A stretch of 64,000 nt of DNA from Sporopachydermia quercuum. Its lineage: Eukaryota. This document shows, piece by piece, positions 1 through 10,577 of this stretch. The stretch's first letter is position 1, and every line of letters begins with the position of its first letter. The notes under the pieces are model-generated. The model was not told the DNA's origin and did no database searches. It saw nothing but the letters and a program-made list of their open reading frames with translations. A program made the translations under genes and the position numbers. The DNA lies in NCBI GenBank assembly GCA_001599295.1, contig BCGN01000009.1, positions 496,001 through 560,000 of the forward strand, given 5' to 3'.

Positions 1-759
1 AAGTAAGATTTTTTGTGAATGGCGGAAAAGAAAGATATTTAATGCAATAAATGATCCGGAAATCCTTAAACTTCTTACTGGTGATCCTAATGAAGCCTCN
101 GTTCATATCGTTAGTATGAGAAACTTCAGCGAAAAGGTATTTATATTTGAATTGGGATTGAAGGGAAAAAGCACTGTTTTTGCACTTTTCTAGGGGTTGT
201 GGTAAGATCTTTACTAACTATGATTTTAGGGTCTTGAAACTTATTACAAGAACCACGAAGAATATTTTACAAATGTTGTAGGTGTGCGTCCAACTGGATG
301 GTCTTTTTCAAGTCAGGCGTACACTAAAAGTTTTGAGCCTTTAAACCAAAGTCGTTTTGAGATTGAGGATCTTAAAGCTCAAGAAAACGATTTGAAGGTT
401 GTTCAATTATACAGTGTTCCCTATAGTGAGCATTCTAGTTTTAGAGATCTGCATTACTTCTGCACTTTATTAGACATAGGAGAAATTATCTCGACTGTTA
501 AGTAAGTCGTTCTGAAAGAAAACGATCTAGGCTGGACAGTAATTCTTGGGTTTTTGTTGCAAATGTGTGTCATGAAGATATTTGACAATCCATTGTGAAT
601 TAATTGTCCAAACTCGATTCCTTTGACTATTCAGTTTCACTAACTAATTTTTATAGTACCAACTCCTACAGAGGTGTTCAACTTGCTAAACACTGGTTTC
701 AAAATTGGGAAATTATAAGAAATAATCCAAACAAAGTGGAAAGACTTGAAGATATGTGA
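1..759 (+). CDS. PSO2: DNA cross-link repair nuclease SNM1/PSO2 family, 3' part only; exons <2-136, 230-501, 657-759
   Basis: The spliced translation reads SKIFCEWRKRK...LLTGDPNEASVHIVSM...VVGVRPTGW...LYSVPYSEHSSFRDL...IISTVN...HWFQNW*, the beta-CASP/DRMBL motifs. Introns 137-229 (GTATTT..TACTAAC..TAG) and 502-656 (GTAAGT..CACTAAC..TAG) keep the frame. Confidence 0.88.
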
Positions 760-975
760 TCTTCCAGAGAGTTGTGACAGACGGAGATTTTACATATCGA
801 GGTATCACTCAACCAAAAACAAAGATTTGATGTATAAGGTAAACTTTATCACAAAATAAACTGTCGATCAAGTGGAGGCTAATTACAAAGAACTGATCAT
901 ATATTTTCACATTTTATTTTTAATACAACCCGTATAGAATAAATATTTGCATATTATGTTTTCATTTATCATAAT

Positions 976-1246
976 CAGAGGTTGCTCTGTCTTCCTCTCA
1001 ACATATCAGGTCTCCAGCTCGAATTGTGGGGGGAATGAACATGACGTCTCACCATGTAACCATTTCTTCTTAGCTTCACCCTTTAATTTTGGGGGTTATG
1101 GGTTTAATTTTGTCCCATGCTGGTTGCCACAGCGGTAAAAAGAGTCTAGTCATGACTCGGCGTATAAGCTGAATGAGTATTTTGTTTCAGAGGGTCTCTT
1201 GTCAGGCTTTCCCGAAAGATATAAGATGAGAAGGAGAAGAGCAGAG
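976..1246. ncRNA. Candidate structured non-coding RNA of unknown family
   Basis: 985-1007 can pair with 1218-1246, enclosing several nested hairpins. There is no credible ORF and the family is not recognised. Confidence 0.3.
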
Positions 1247-2335
1247 AAAGATGATATTGGATATACGATGATGGTAGAGCAAATGATAGAGTGTTTGCCC
1301 AGTCAAAAATATATTTTCTACCAAATATAAACAACTAAATGGATCTTCTAGTATCTATTTTACTCTCCTCCTATATGTTTATCGAAAGACAAGAATTTCT
1401 CGCATCTATATCANCTTCAACGCACATACAACTCACTCACACAAACTAAAAACCATGACAATCTCACACATCAACCTCCCACTTGAATGCCAATGGGCAC
1501 AAAGTGATTCTCATTCTATTCACTCTTAGTACAAACAGCAAGAACAAATATCATCTATCTTCCAGTCATTCTCACTTTTTATTATTCCTATCGACGATTA
1601 TATACATTAATCATATAATGAAGATCCTCCTTTTCTCCCTCAATTCCTAGTTTTAAGCTTTCCTCCCATGAACTCCAAAGTTGCCATAGTATCTAGCTTT
1701 TTTTTATAGGGAAAAGAATAAACATAGGCATAAAGCAGGTGTAGTAATAATGTACTACCAAATTGGGCAGACTTCTGTCAAGTTCTTTTTCCACTAGTTT
1801 TTACACAGTTTTGCATAGCAACAAGTTTTTTTTTTCCAACAGTAGAAGCAGGCTGATGGTGATAACTAAAAGAAAAAGCTCTGAAAGTAGTTCCACTCGA
1901 TATAAAACATAAAATAAGGATCTGAATTCGGTTCGATAATTGTTAGGAGATCTGAATTAAGATAGTAACTAGTTGGATTGAAGAGAGAAGTCGTTGTTGA
2001 ATTTAGCTGAAGGCTATAGGATAAGGACTGAGCTTAATACTGATACAAATCTTGCGATTGGTTGTGGTCTCGGAACTAACAAATAGTAGTTCAGTTTATG
2101 AATAGGAGGAACCTGTGAAGTAAATGAATTATAACCGATTGGAAGAATTCTGTTTAATTATTTGGTGNAAACCAGAGTAGTATTGTCAAGGTCTTGTTGC
2201 TAGTAGCAAGCAAAGCAAACGAAGGAATAACAGTGAATACTTATAGAACGTCTTTCGAGAATTGGAGAGTCAGGTTCATAGTTGAATATCTCAAACAATT
2301 AAATCAGGTATAATAATTAGAACAGTAATATCAAG

Positions 2336-5019
2336 ATGGATTTCCAATATCTCCTTCAGAATGCTATTCTGAATCCAGGTATGTTTGATTTCTCATTTTT
2401 GTTGCCGTCATATAATGTATAAATTACGAAGTAGAAACTATTGATGCAGTTTACTAACTTTTGATTATAGATCCCCAGCAACGTTCACAAGCTGAAGCAG
2501 AGTTGCAGGAAATTGCAAAGACAAAGCCAGTGACATACCTTGGTATGTTAACTGCTGCTTTGGCGAATGAAGAGCAAAAAACTGAAGTTAGAATGCTTGC
2601 TGGTATTCAGTTGAAGAATTATTTCTCTTCAAAGAACCAAGTGATAAAGGCAAACAAGGTGAAAGAATGGATGAGTTTAGATGATAATGCAAGAACAATG
2701 ATAAAAGAAACGGCATTGAAAGCTCTATTAACTGAAGATGATAGAGTTGCCAGTTCAGCTGCACAACTTGTTGCTGCTTTAGCTGATATCGAATTACCTC
2801 TTCAACAATGGCCTGAGCTCATGCCATTGATTGTTGAAAACACTAAACCAGAAAAATCAGAAAATGTCAAAAGGGCATCTTTATTGGCCATTGGCTATAT
2901 TTGTGAAATTTCTGATCCAAATAATGCTGGTGTCGTAGCACAATCTGCTGGTATTCTTACTGCTATTGTTCAAGGTGCTCAAAGCAGTGAATCGATAAAA
3001 GTGAGATTAGCTGCTATCAACGCTTTAGTTAATTCCCTCGAGTTCATTCGTTATAATTTTGAATTAGAAAACGAAAGAAATTATATCATCAACGTTGTTT
3101 ATGAAGCCGCTCAAGCCAAAGACGCTGAATTACAAGCTTCTGCTTTTGGAGCTTTAGCGAAAATTATGAGTTTATACTATCCTTTCATGGGCGTGTATAT
3201 GGAACAAGCATTATACGCATTAACTATCGCTGGTATGAAGAGTGAAGATGAGCGGGTTGCTTGTATGGCTGTTGAATTCTGGAGTACAGTTTGCGAAGAA
3301 GAAATTGATCTCCTTGAATTAAAAGAGGCAAATGAACCTGTCCAATGCTATAACTTTGCTTTACAAGCCATTTCAGAAGTGTTGCCTACTTTATTATCTT
3401 TACTTATGAGACAGAATGAAGATCCTGAAGATGATGATTGGAGTGTCTCTATGGCTGCTGGTGCTTGTCTTCAATTATTTGCTCAAGATACAAGGAATGA
3501 GGTCACTAGACCAGCATTGGAGTTTGTTGAGCAATACATTGGAAGTACTGAATGGAGGGCTAGAGAAGCAGCTGTTATGGCTTTTGGTTCAATTCTTGAA
3601 GGTCCAGATCCTTCCCATTTGAAAGTTTTGGTCAATCAAGCACTAAATGTTATCATGCCATTGATTGCTGATCCTGTTTTACACGTTCAGGACACTGTAG
3701 CTTGGTGTTTAGGTAGAATTGCAGATTTAGTCATCGATGGTATTGACTTAGAGACACAATTGCCTTTGTTTGTTGAAAGCTTGCTAAAGGGATTAGGTGC
3801 TCATCCAAAAGTTTCCACAAACTGCTGCTGGGCTATAATGAACTTAGTCGAACAACTATGTGGAACAGGTCCTGATTCTGAGACCACTGCATTATCTAGA
3901 TACTATGAGAGTTTGGTTAAAGCTTTATTAGATGTTTCTGAGTCTGTTGATAATGAATATGCTTCGAGAGCTTCTGCTTATGAGGCTTTATCCACTTTAG
4001 TCATTTACAGTGCCAATGATGTTATGCAAATTCTAATAGGGTTAACTGATAAAGTGATGGAAAGATTAAATCTCACGTTAACTTGGCAACAAAACATTGT
4101 TGGTCTTGATGATAAATTGAAGGTAGAGGAGATTCAAACGAATCTTTTGGGTCTATTGACCAGTATCATTAGAAGAGTTGGACCCAATGTGAAAAACGCC
4201 TCTGATCAACTGATGACAATCTTNTTCAACCTATTACAAAACAAGTCATCTAATTCTCTCATTGAAGAAGACATATTTATTGCTATTGGCGCAGTTGCTG
4301 GTTCAATTGGTGAAGACTTCCAGATTTATATGGCCCAATTAATACCTTTTCTGGAAATTGCTCTACAAGAATCCGAACTTCCTACTTGTAATACGGCGGT
4401 AGGATTGGTTGCTGATATCAGTCATGCTTTAGGAAGAAAAGTTGCTGAATACTGCCAATTAATAATGAACATTTTGGGTCAAATTCTCAATAAATCTACG
4501 ACTAGGAAGGAAGTCAGGCCAGCAATTCTATCTTGTTTTGGTGACATTGCATCTTCGATTGAAGGTGATTTCTTACCTTATTTGGAAGCTGTTATGCAAG
4601 TTCTAAACCAAGCGTCAATTGTTACGATCGAGGAAAGCAACACAACTGCCGAGAATTTAGACTACTTCTTAACTTTACGTGAAGCTATTCTTGATGCATA
4701 TGTGGGAATCGTTGGTGGTTTAAGTGAGCAATCGCAAGCTTTGAACCCATATTTGCCAGGAATATTTACCTTCTTGCATAGTGTGGCTCTTGACCGCCAT
4801 ATGAACACATCCGAAGCTATCTGTCGGTCCGTGGTTGGTCTATTTGGTGATATTGCAAATGCTAATCCTAATACCCCCTTAGCTATTTATAAAGAAAGCT
4901 GGATTACTGACTTTATCAAGAAAACAAGATCTAACCCAACATACTCATCGGTCACAAAAGATACAGCTAGATGGGCGAGAGAACAGCAAAAGAAGCAGCT
5001 AAGTCTCCAATCATTTTAA
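2336..5019 (+). CDS. KAP95: Importin beta-1 (karyopherin beta); exons 2336-2378 and 2471-5019, 863 aa
   Basis: HEAT-repeat protein with motifs EFWSTVCEEE, EDDDWSVSMAAGACL, WRAREAAVMAFGSIL and TKDTARWAREQQK. Intron 2379-2470 (GTATGT..TACTAAC..TAG) joins MDFQYLLQNAILNP to DPQQR in frame. Confidence 0.96.
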
Positions 5020-5241
5020 ATCGTTTGACTTATTTAGAGAAATTGTCTTGTTTTGATTTTACGTTATGCTAATTAGGACATTCTTGTTGTTTTATTGTAC
5101 CTCTCTTCTTTTCTTAATTATCTTTCATTTACATATCTATTCTATGATTTTCTTCATTAATCTATTACCGACGTCTATGATTATAAAGATAGCTTGATAT
5201 ATCTTTTTCCTTGTTTTATATTGTTTCTGAGTTTCTCAGTT

Positions 5242-5360
5242 TCTCATTAGTTCATTATCACATTACATTATTTCATTATTCATTATCTCATTATATTATT
5301 TCATTACTCATTATCTCATTATCTCATTATTCTTATTTCCTTATCTCACTCATTACTATT
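5242..5360. repeat. Degenerate (TC)TCATTA low-complexity tandem repeat downstream of KAP95
   Basis: About a dozen imperfect CATTA/TCATTA units are visible. They explain the spurious ORF at 5211-5417. Confidence 0.7.
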
Positions 5361-6379
5361 ATATATTATGACTTTATCACATCTCTTTCTCTCTCTCTTA
5401 ATTCATCACATTATTGATCCGTAACAAATTATTTGTTTAAATAGCTTAACAGTTATTATATTCCTAATTTTGTTTGTCTCTATTTCTAATCACATTCTCC
5501 ATTCTATTTGATCTGTTGAGAATAATCATTGTAACTCGTTCATTGATGTATTCACTCCTGAATTCTTCCTAATGTTTCTTCATCCTCATACCAAATACAA
5601 TTACAATTGACTACCATAATTCATAGTAATATTGACCCTTTACTTTAAGTCTGTAAAGGTGATATTCATGGCCATAATATAGTGTAAATGTTGTAGCAAA
5701 TATAAATTGTGCTACTATTCGCACCAGATGGCCAACAAATAAAGGAAAAGGAATGCTCCTCCAATCGGTGACCTGTTGATCCATTGGAAGCTAACAGCCG
5801 CCTATAGGCGGCGTATCTGTCATTGAAGAAAACCAACTACCAACAGACAAACCAATAAATCTGCTTTTATCAAAATAAAATGAAATTAATGATAGAAAAA
5901 GTAGATCAATNTTATTTATATTTATTTTATCCGTTTATTCTCTTTATAATTATCAGTTACTTTGTTTTTAAATCTATTCACGTTTGTCTTATATTTGAAT
6001 TTTTCACATTCATATACAAATCAAGTTCCACCAGAAATCTCTGTGTCAACTCAGTAAGGAACAGATAAAAACAAGCAGAATGCTTTAACCATTGATTTAT
6101 CCAATTGTTTATTTATTCAACATTAAATAACATTAGAATTCATTAGAATTAGTTCAATTTAACAGTGTATTCTACCCAGAACAGACCAAATCATCCCCAA
6201 CTCAATTGGTACAAGTGATCACTCGTGCATCCTTACATTTTGTATAGCTAGAAATGCATCAATGACCTTTTGCTAAACATCAAATGAACTGTGGAACAAA
6301 AATCGAAAATTTTATCGAATGACTCATTCTTGTTATTATTCCAATATTTAACTTATCAACACCGTAAATTTACTGCAAA

Positions 6380-7030
6380 ATGGATGAATTCTCATCGCCA
6401 GGTATTTCAATGGTTCCCTTGAAATACACACTCGTGGAATATAACCAACATGACCTGCTATCTCAGTTTCTGGCCTATTTCTCTTTATATCCAATTGGAA
6501 TTCTGGTATTTTACTTTTCCTGGTTTTTAGTAACCAGAGAAATTGAACCAGTGATTATAGCTGGTGGTCAAGTAGTTAATGATGCTTTGAATTCAGTACT
6601 GAAGGTGGCATTCCAACAAGCACGACCAGAAGAAAGAGGGTCAGGATTTGGAATGCCTAGTGCTCATGCTCAGTTCATGGGATTTTATGCTGCTTATTTT
6701 CTATTAAAACAAAGATATTATGGGTTCTCTAAGCTAAAAACCAGTGTTGTGCTTGGAAGTACTGTATTAGTGGCATGGTCCAGATGTTACTTGACCTATC
6801 ATTCTAGTGAACAAGTTATAGTAGGATTACTATGCGGTAGCATCATTGGTACTGTTTATTTGATTGTGATAAGTATAGCAAGAGATATTGGATTTATATA
6901 TTGGATTTTGACTTGGAGATTTATTCAATGGCTCCATATCAAAGATACTGACGGCCAAATTGATTTCAAAAGAGACAGGGAGCTCTGGTTACAACAGACC
7001 AAGAAGAATAGTCATAACAAAGAACAATGA
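6380..7030 (+). CDS. CAX4: Dolichyl pyrophosphate phosphatase (PAP2 family)
   Basis: PAP2 motifs KVAFQQARP, GMPSAHAQ and SRCYLTYH, plus hydrophobic helices. Confidence 0.9.
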   Translation: MDEFSSPGISMVPLKYTLVEYNQHDLLSQFLAYFSLYPIGILVFYFSWFLVTREIEPVIIAGGQVVNDALNSVLKVAFQQARPEERGSGFGMPSAHAQFMGFYAAYFLLKQRYYGFSKLKTSVVLGSTVLVAWSRCYLTYHSSEQVIVGLLCGSIIGTVYLIVISIARDIGFIYWILTWRFIQWLHIKDTDGQIDFKRDRELWLQQTKKNSHNKEQ

Positions 7031-7233
7031 GGAACCTTGGGGAGAATTAGTATTTATTTATGAACCCATGAAGAGAGCAGAAAAAAGGATAACGAATTAC
7101 GACCTAAAATTAACATACATATATATGTAACATCAAAAAAATTATCATTATTTGCTATATTCTGTATTCATTTTGATTTGACTTGACTGAATTTGATTTT
7201 GGTGGATCGCTAGTGCACGCACACGTTAACTAA

Positions 7234-8820
7234 TCAAGGCTCTACGCCTTCCATCACAATTCGTCTAGCAGTATTAGCATATGCACTGTAAGATATTTCT
7301 ACAACTTCATTGCGTGGAAATTTAAGGAAAGGAATATTCTCAACTGATGACGCCATTAGATATCCATATAACACTCTTAGCACACTTTCATGAGCAATTA
7401 CCAGAATATCACCTCTCATCCTTTCCATTTCTAAAATCAGTGGTTCCATTCTAACTGCCAAATCATGATATGATTCAGATCTAGGGTATCTATGATGGTA
7501 GGGATCGTGAAGATGTCTTTCTAACTCTTCTCCAAATCTTTGTTTGATTTCATCAGTGGTTAAATTTTCTACATCTCCTGGATGAAGCTGCGTAAGTTGT
7601 GAGCGTTGACGAACAGGAATTCCTGATTCTAGAAAATACCTAGCTGTCTCAAAAGTTCTAACTCTTGTTGATGTCCAAACAACTATTGAATCCTCATCAA
7701 TGCCTTCGTTGCCAGTAGCTCTTTGTCGATTTTCAAATTCATGTTTGCTCAGGGAAGGATCAGGACCAACTTTGGTTGTATCTTTATATCTTTCGAACTT
7801 AGAATCATCTATGTTTTCTAGCAATTCCTTCTTTTCTTTCTTTGATCTTCGTTTGCGAATATGGGACATAATTGTTTTAGCGAGAATTTTAGAGTATTGA
7901 TCACCAGCTTCTGATAATGGCGGATCGTCTTTATATGTTGTTTCTGGAATAGTTGAACTACCTGCTCTAGCAAAATAAACATAGCCCGTTTTGATTCTTG
8001 CATTCATAAGGAAGAAAACAATTCTATTCCATAAATAACCAATTTGAGAATTATTAACAATAATTCTTTCTCCAAAGTTGATCATTTTTATATAGCTCAA
8101 CTCTGTTTCATGCATTTCTTCATATATTCCAAGATTCACTTCAATTCTTCTCAAATAATCCTTTACAGCTTTCTCTGTGGTCCATCCAACATAATCGGGA
8201 GAATCACTTGCAAGTCTGATATTTTTAGCCAAGATCCTAGTATCCGTACATAGTAATTCAATAAATAAAGGCTGTATACCCTTTTTATTGAATAGATCTG
8301 CTAATTCCCGTCTTCCGGCAGTTGTAGCATTCACAGCATCATAAATAGCAACTTGGCCATGAACTTCTCCGGTATAAAATTCCATCATATCATCAACACA
8401 TCCATACATCAACTTCCTCCTTAAAGCAGCGGTTTTACCACCTGGAGAAGAAGAAAAATAGTCCTCTGGAAGCTCATCACCAACAAGCTTTCTTCTATAA
8501 TCACTTAGATGAAATGCATGTGTCTTGACTCCCAACCATCTTAAATAACGAGTTAACGAAACCGCCAAATGCGTCTTTCCCCGAGCAGGAAGCCCAACAA
8601 GTACTATACATAACTTTCCAGCATGAAATAGTCTTCCAGACTCAGTAGAGTAAAGTTGGGCTGGTGAAACATGCGCTGGCTTGAGCTCTTGATGAATTGC
8701 ATCTTTAGTGAATGATCCTGTTGATGAGGATACCCTTAAAGGAGGCTCATCTATCATGTCTGATCCAAATCCGTATTGCAGTTCAATATCAGATTCCAGA
8801 ACCTCTTCAGTCATCTTCAT
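7234..8820 (-). CDS. YLR345W: 6-phosphofructo-2-kinase/fructose-2,6-bisphosphatase-like protein, YLR345W type
   Basis: SPAQLYSTESGRLFHAG, P-loop GLPARGKT, RYPRSESYHDLAVR and IAHESVLRVLY. It lies next to RPL26 and near KAP95, as in S. cerevisiae. Confidence 0.9.
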   Translation of the reverse strand: MKMTEEVLESDIELQYGFGSDMIDEPPLRVSSSTGSFTKDAIHQELKPAHVSPAQLYSTESGRLFHAGKLCIVLVGLPARGKTHLAVSLTRYLRWLGVKTHAFHLSDYRRKLVGDELPEDYFSSSPGGKTAALRRKLMYGCVDDMMEFYTGEVHGQVAIYDAVNATTAGRRELADLFNKKGIQPLFIELLCTDTRILAKNIRLASDSPDYVGWTTEKAVKDYLRRIEVNLGIYEEMHETELSYIKMINFGERIIVNNSQIGYLWNRIVFFLMNARIKTGYVYFARAGSSTIPETTYKDDPPLSEAGDQYSKILAKTIMSHIRKRRSKKEKKELLENIDDSKFERYKDTTKVGPDPSLSKHEFENRQRATGNEGIDEDSIVVWTSTRVRTFETARYFLESGIPVRQRSQLTQLHPGDVENLTTDEIKQRFGEELERHLHDPYHHRYPRSESYHDLAVRMEPLILEMERMRGDILVIAHESVLRVLYGYLMASSVENIPFLKFPRNEVVEISYSAYANTARRIVMEGVEP

Positions 8821-9825
8821 GTTGTTGATACAATTACTTCAAATTTTGCAAGCAGCAGTATACTACAGTTATTTTATAGTTTTTTTCTTCCTTGTCTGCT
8901 AAAAGGAAAGTAGTTTATCATGCAACCTAACTGAGCTTTCACAGGTGATGCTGAGAACAAAGTGTAATTACGAATGCTGAGACAAATCAGATAGAACCTA
9001 AGTAGTACTCCCAAATGCCAAAACTATTCTAATCACCCTTAAACGAATCAAAATACATGGGTATTATAAATATTTGATATTGTATGAGTACATGGTCAGT
9101 ATTTGACGAGCTCCTTTAGTCTGTCTGCTATATCTTTAGTAGGAGCGTATAGATCTTTAAGCTGAGTACATTTCCATACTAATTCTCCCGCATTAACGGA
9201 GGTCTTCGAGAATGAAATAAAGTTTAGAATTATGCGCATAAACCTCAAATAGAATGCTAAATGAGTACAAAACTGGGATGACGAGAGTAATTCAAGAGAC
9301 TGGTGAAAGAACATTATAGAATACGTAATCCGAAAAGAAGATGAGCTTCTCACAGTTGAAGAATCAAAAATTGATAGTATTAGAAGTGGATGGATTGAAA
9401 GTGGTTTGATAACTGGAAAGTTTGGTTTCAGATGTATAATAGTAGNCTATCAATGAATTAACAATTAACAAGAAAGCTTGGGTGTACTTGGGTTGGGTAA
9501 GTAGTAATATAGCTATATAGTCATCAGCGGCGAGAAAGGAAACAAAACTCAATAGGCAGAGAATTATGCTACCGTAGTAGAAGTAGCTGAGTTGAATAAA
9601 CCCCAGATAACCAGTCTAAACTAAAATTCATAACCTACAACTTCCTGGAAGTCCAACCCCGAATATTTGTTGAAAATTGACAACGAGAACGATATCTGAA
9701 ACATACCCAACTGAACATTATCCACCAAAATGATTTCTGGCCAATCCCTAATCCAATTCTACAAAGACTGTAGTTCTAGTCGTAAAAACACAAGTTAATT
9801 AATCACATTGAATAGTTTGATATAT

Positions 9826-10298
9826 TTACTCAACATCGACACCTCCCTTTCTCTTCAAGATGGCCTTTCTGTCCTTATCGAGATGCAACTTGGTGATGAC
9901 AACTTTGGAAGGGTGAATGTTCAAAGGAACGGAAGCACCGTTAGCCTTTTCCTTGGTGACCTTTTCAACTTGGATACCGAATTTCAAACGGTACACTTGA
10001 GCGACCTTTCCTTCAGATCCCTTCTTGGATCCACGAACGATGAGAACTTCATCATCCTTACGGATAGGGATAGATCTGACTTTGTACTTTTCGCGTAACT
10101 CCTTGGAAAGAGGAGCAGAGAGAAGAACTCTTCTGACAGATGATGGGGCAGCGAAGTGAGCCTTTCTAGACTTTCTTCTAGAGCTTGAAACGTCTTTATG
10201 CATAGTTAGTATTATCATTCTCAAATGTTGACTAAATTGTTGAAATCTCAAGTCACCAAAATAATCTGCCGTAACATACCTTGCGAAACCTTGGCCAT
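9826..10298 (-). CDS. RPL26: 60S ribosomal protein uL24/L26; exons 10298-10280 and 10193-9826, 128 aa
   Basis: The spliced product is [25 protein letters not shown]...[13 protein letters not shown]. The 86-nt intron reads GTATGT..TACTAAC..AAG. Confidence 0.96.
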
Positions 10299-10569
10299 TG
10301 TTAATAATGTTATATATATGCGGTTGGTGAGAGCTCCGTTTTGTTTGAAAATCCACTTCAGCAGTCAAATTATAATATGAACATTCAATGTATTCGAAAG
10401 AGCAACAAGAACCTATATTAGCATGCATCTACCATTAGGAACAACATTGGTAAGGTTGTGAGTGGGTCAGAGTGGGTACATGGGATATGCTTAGTTGTTG
10501 TTCGGTGGAAAAATTCCATGCTGAAATTTACACAACCACTTTGGTTTCCTTAGTCATCGAAAGAAAACG

Positions 10570-10577
10570 CAGTCACA
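10570..10577. promoter_or_regulatory. Homol-D box (CAGTCACA) upstream of RPL26
   Basis: Exact match to the fungal ribosomal-protein promoter element, about 270 bp upstream of the RPL26 ATG. Confidence 0.5.

Noticed and set aside
10194..10428. N-terminal extension of RPL26 in the ORF track, and similar extensions for RPL11, GUA1, KAP95 and the secreted protein
   Set aside because: They come from read-through of intron or leader sequence. The spliced or ATG-initiated models match the known proteins better.
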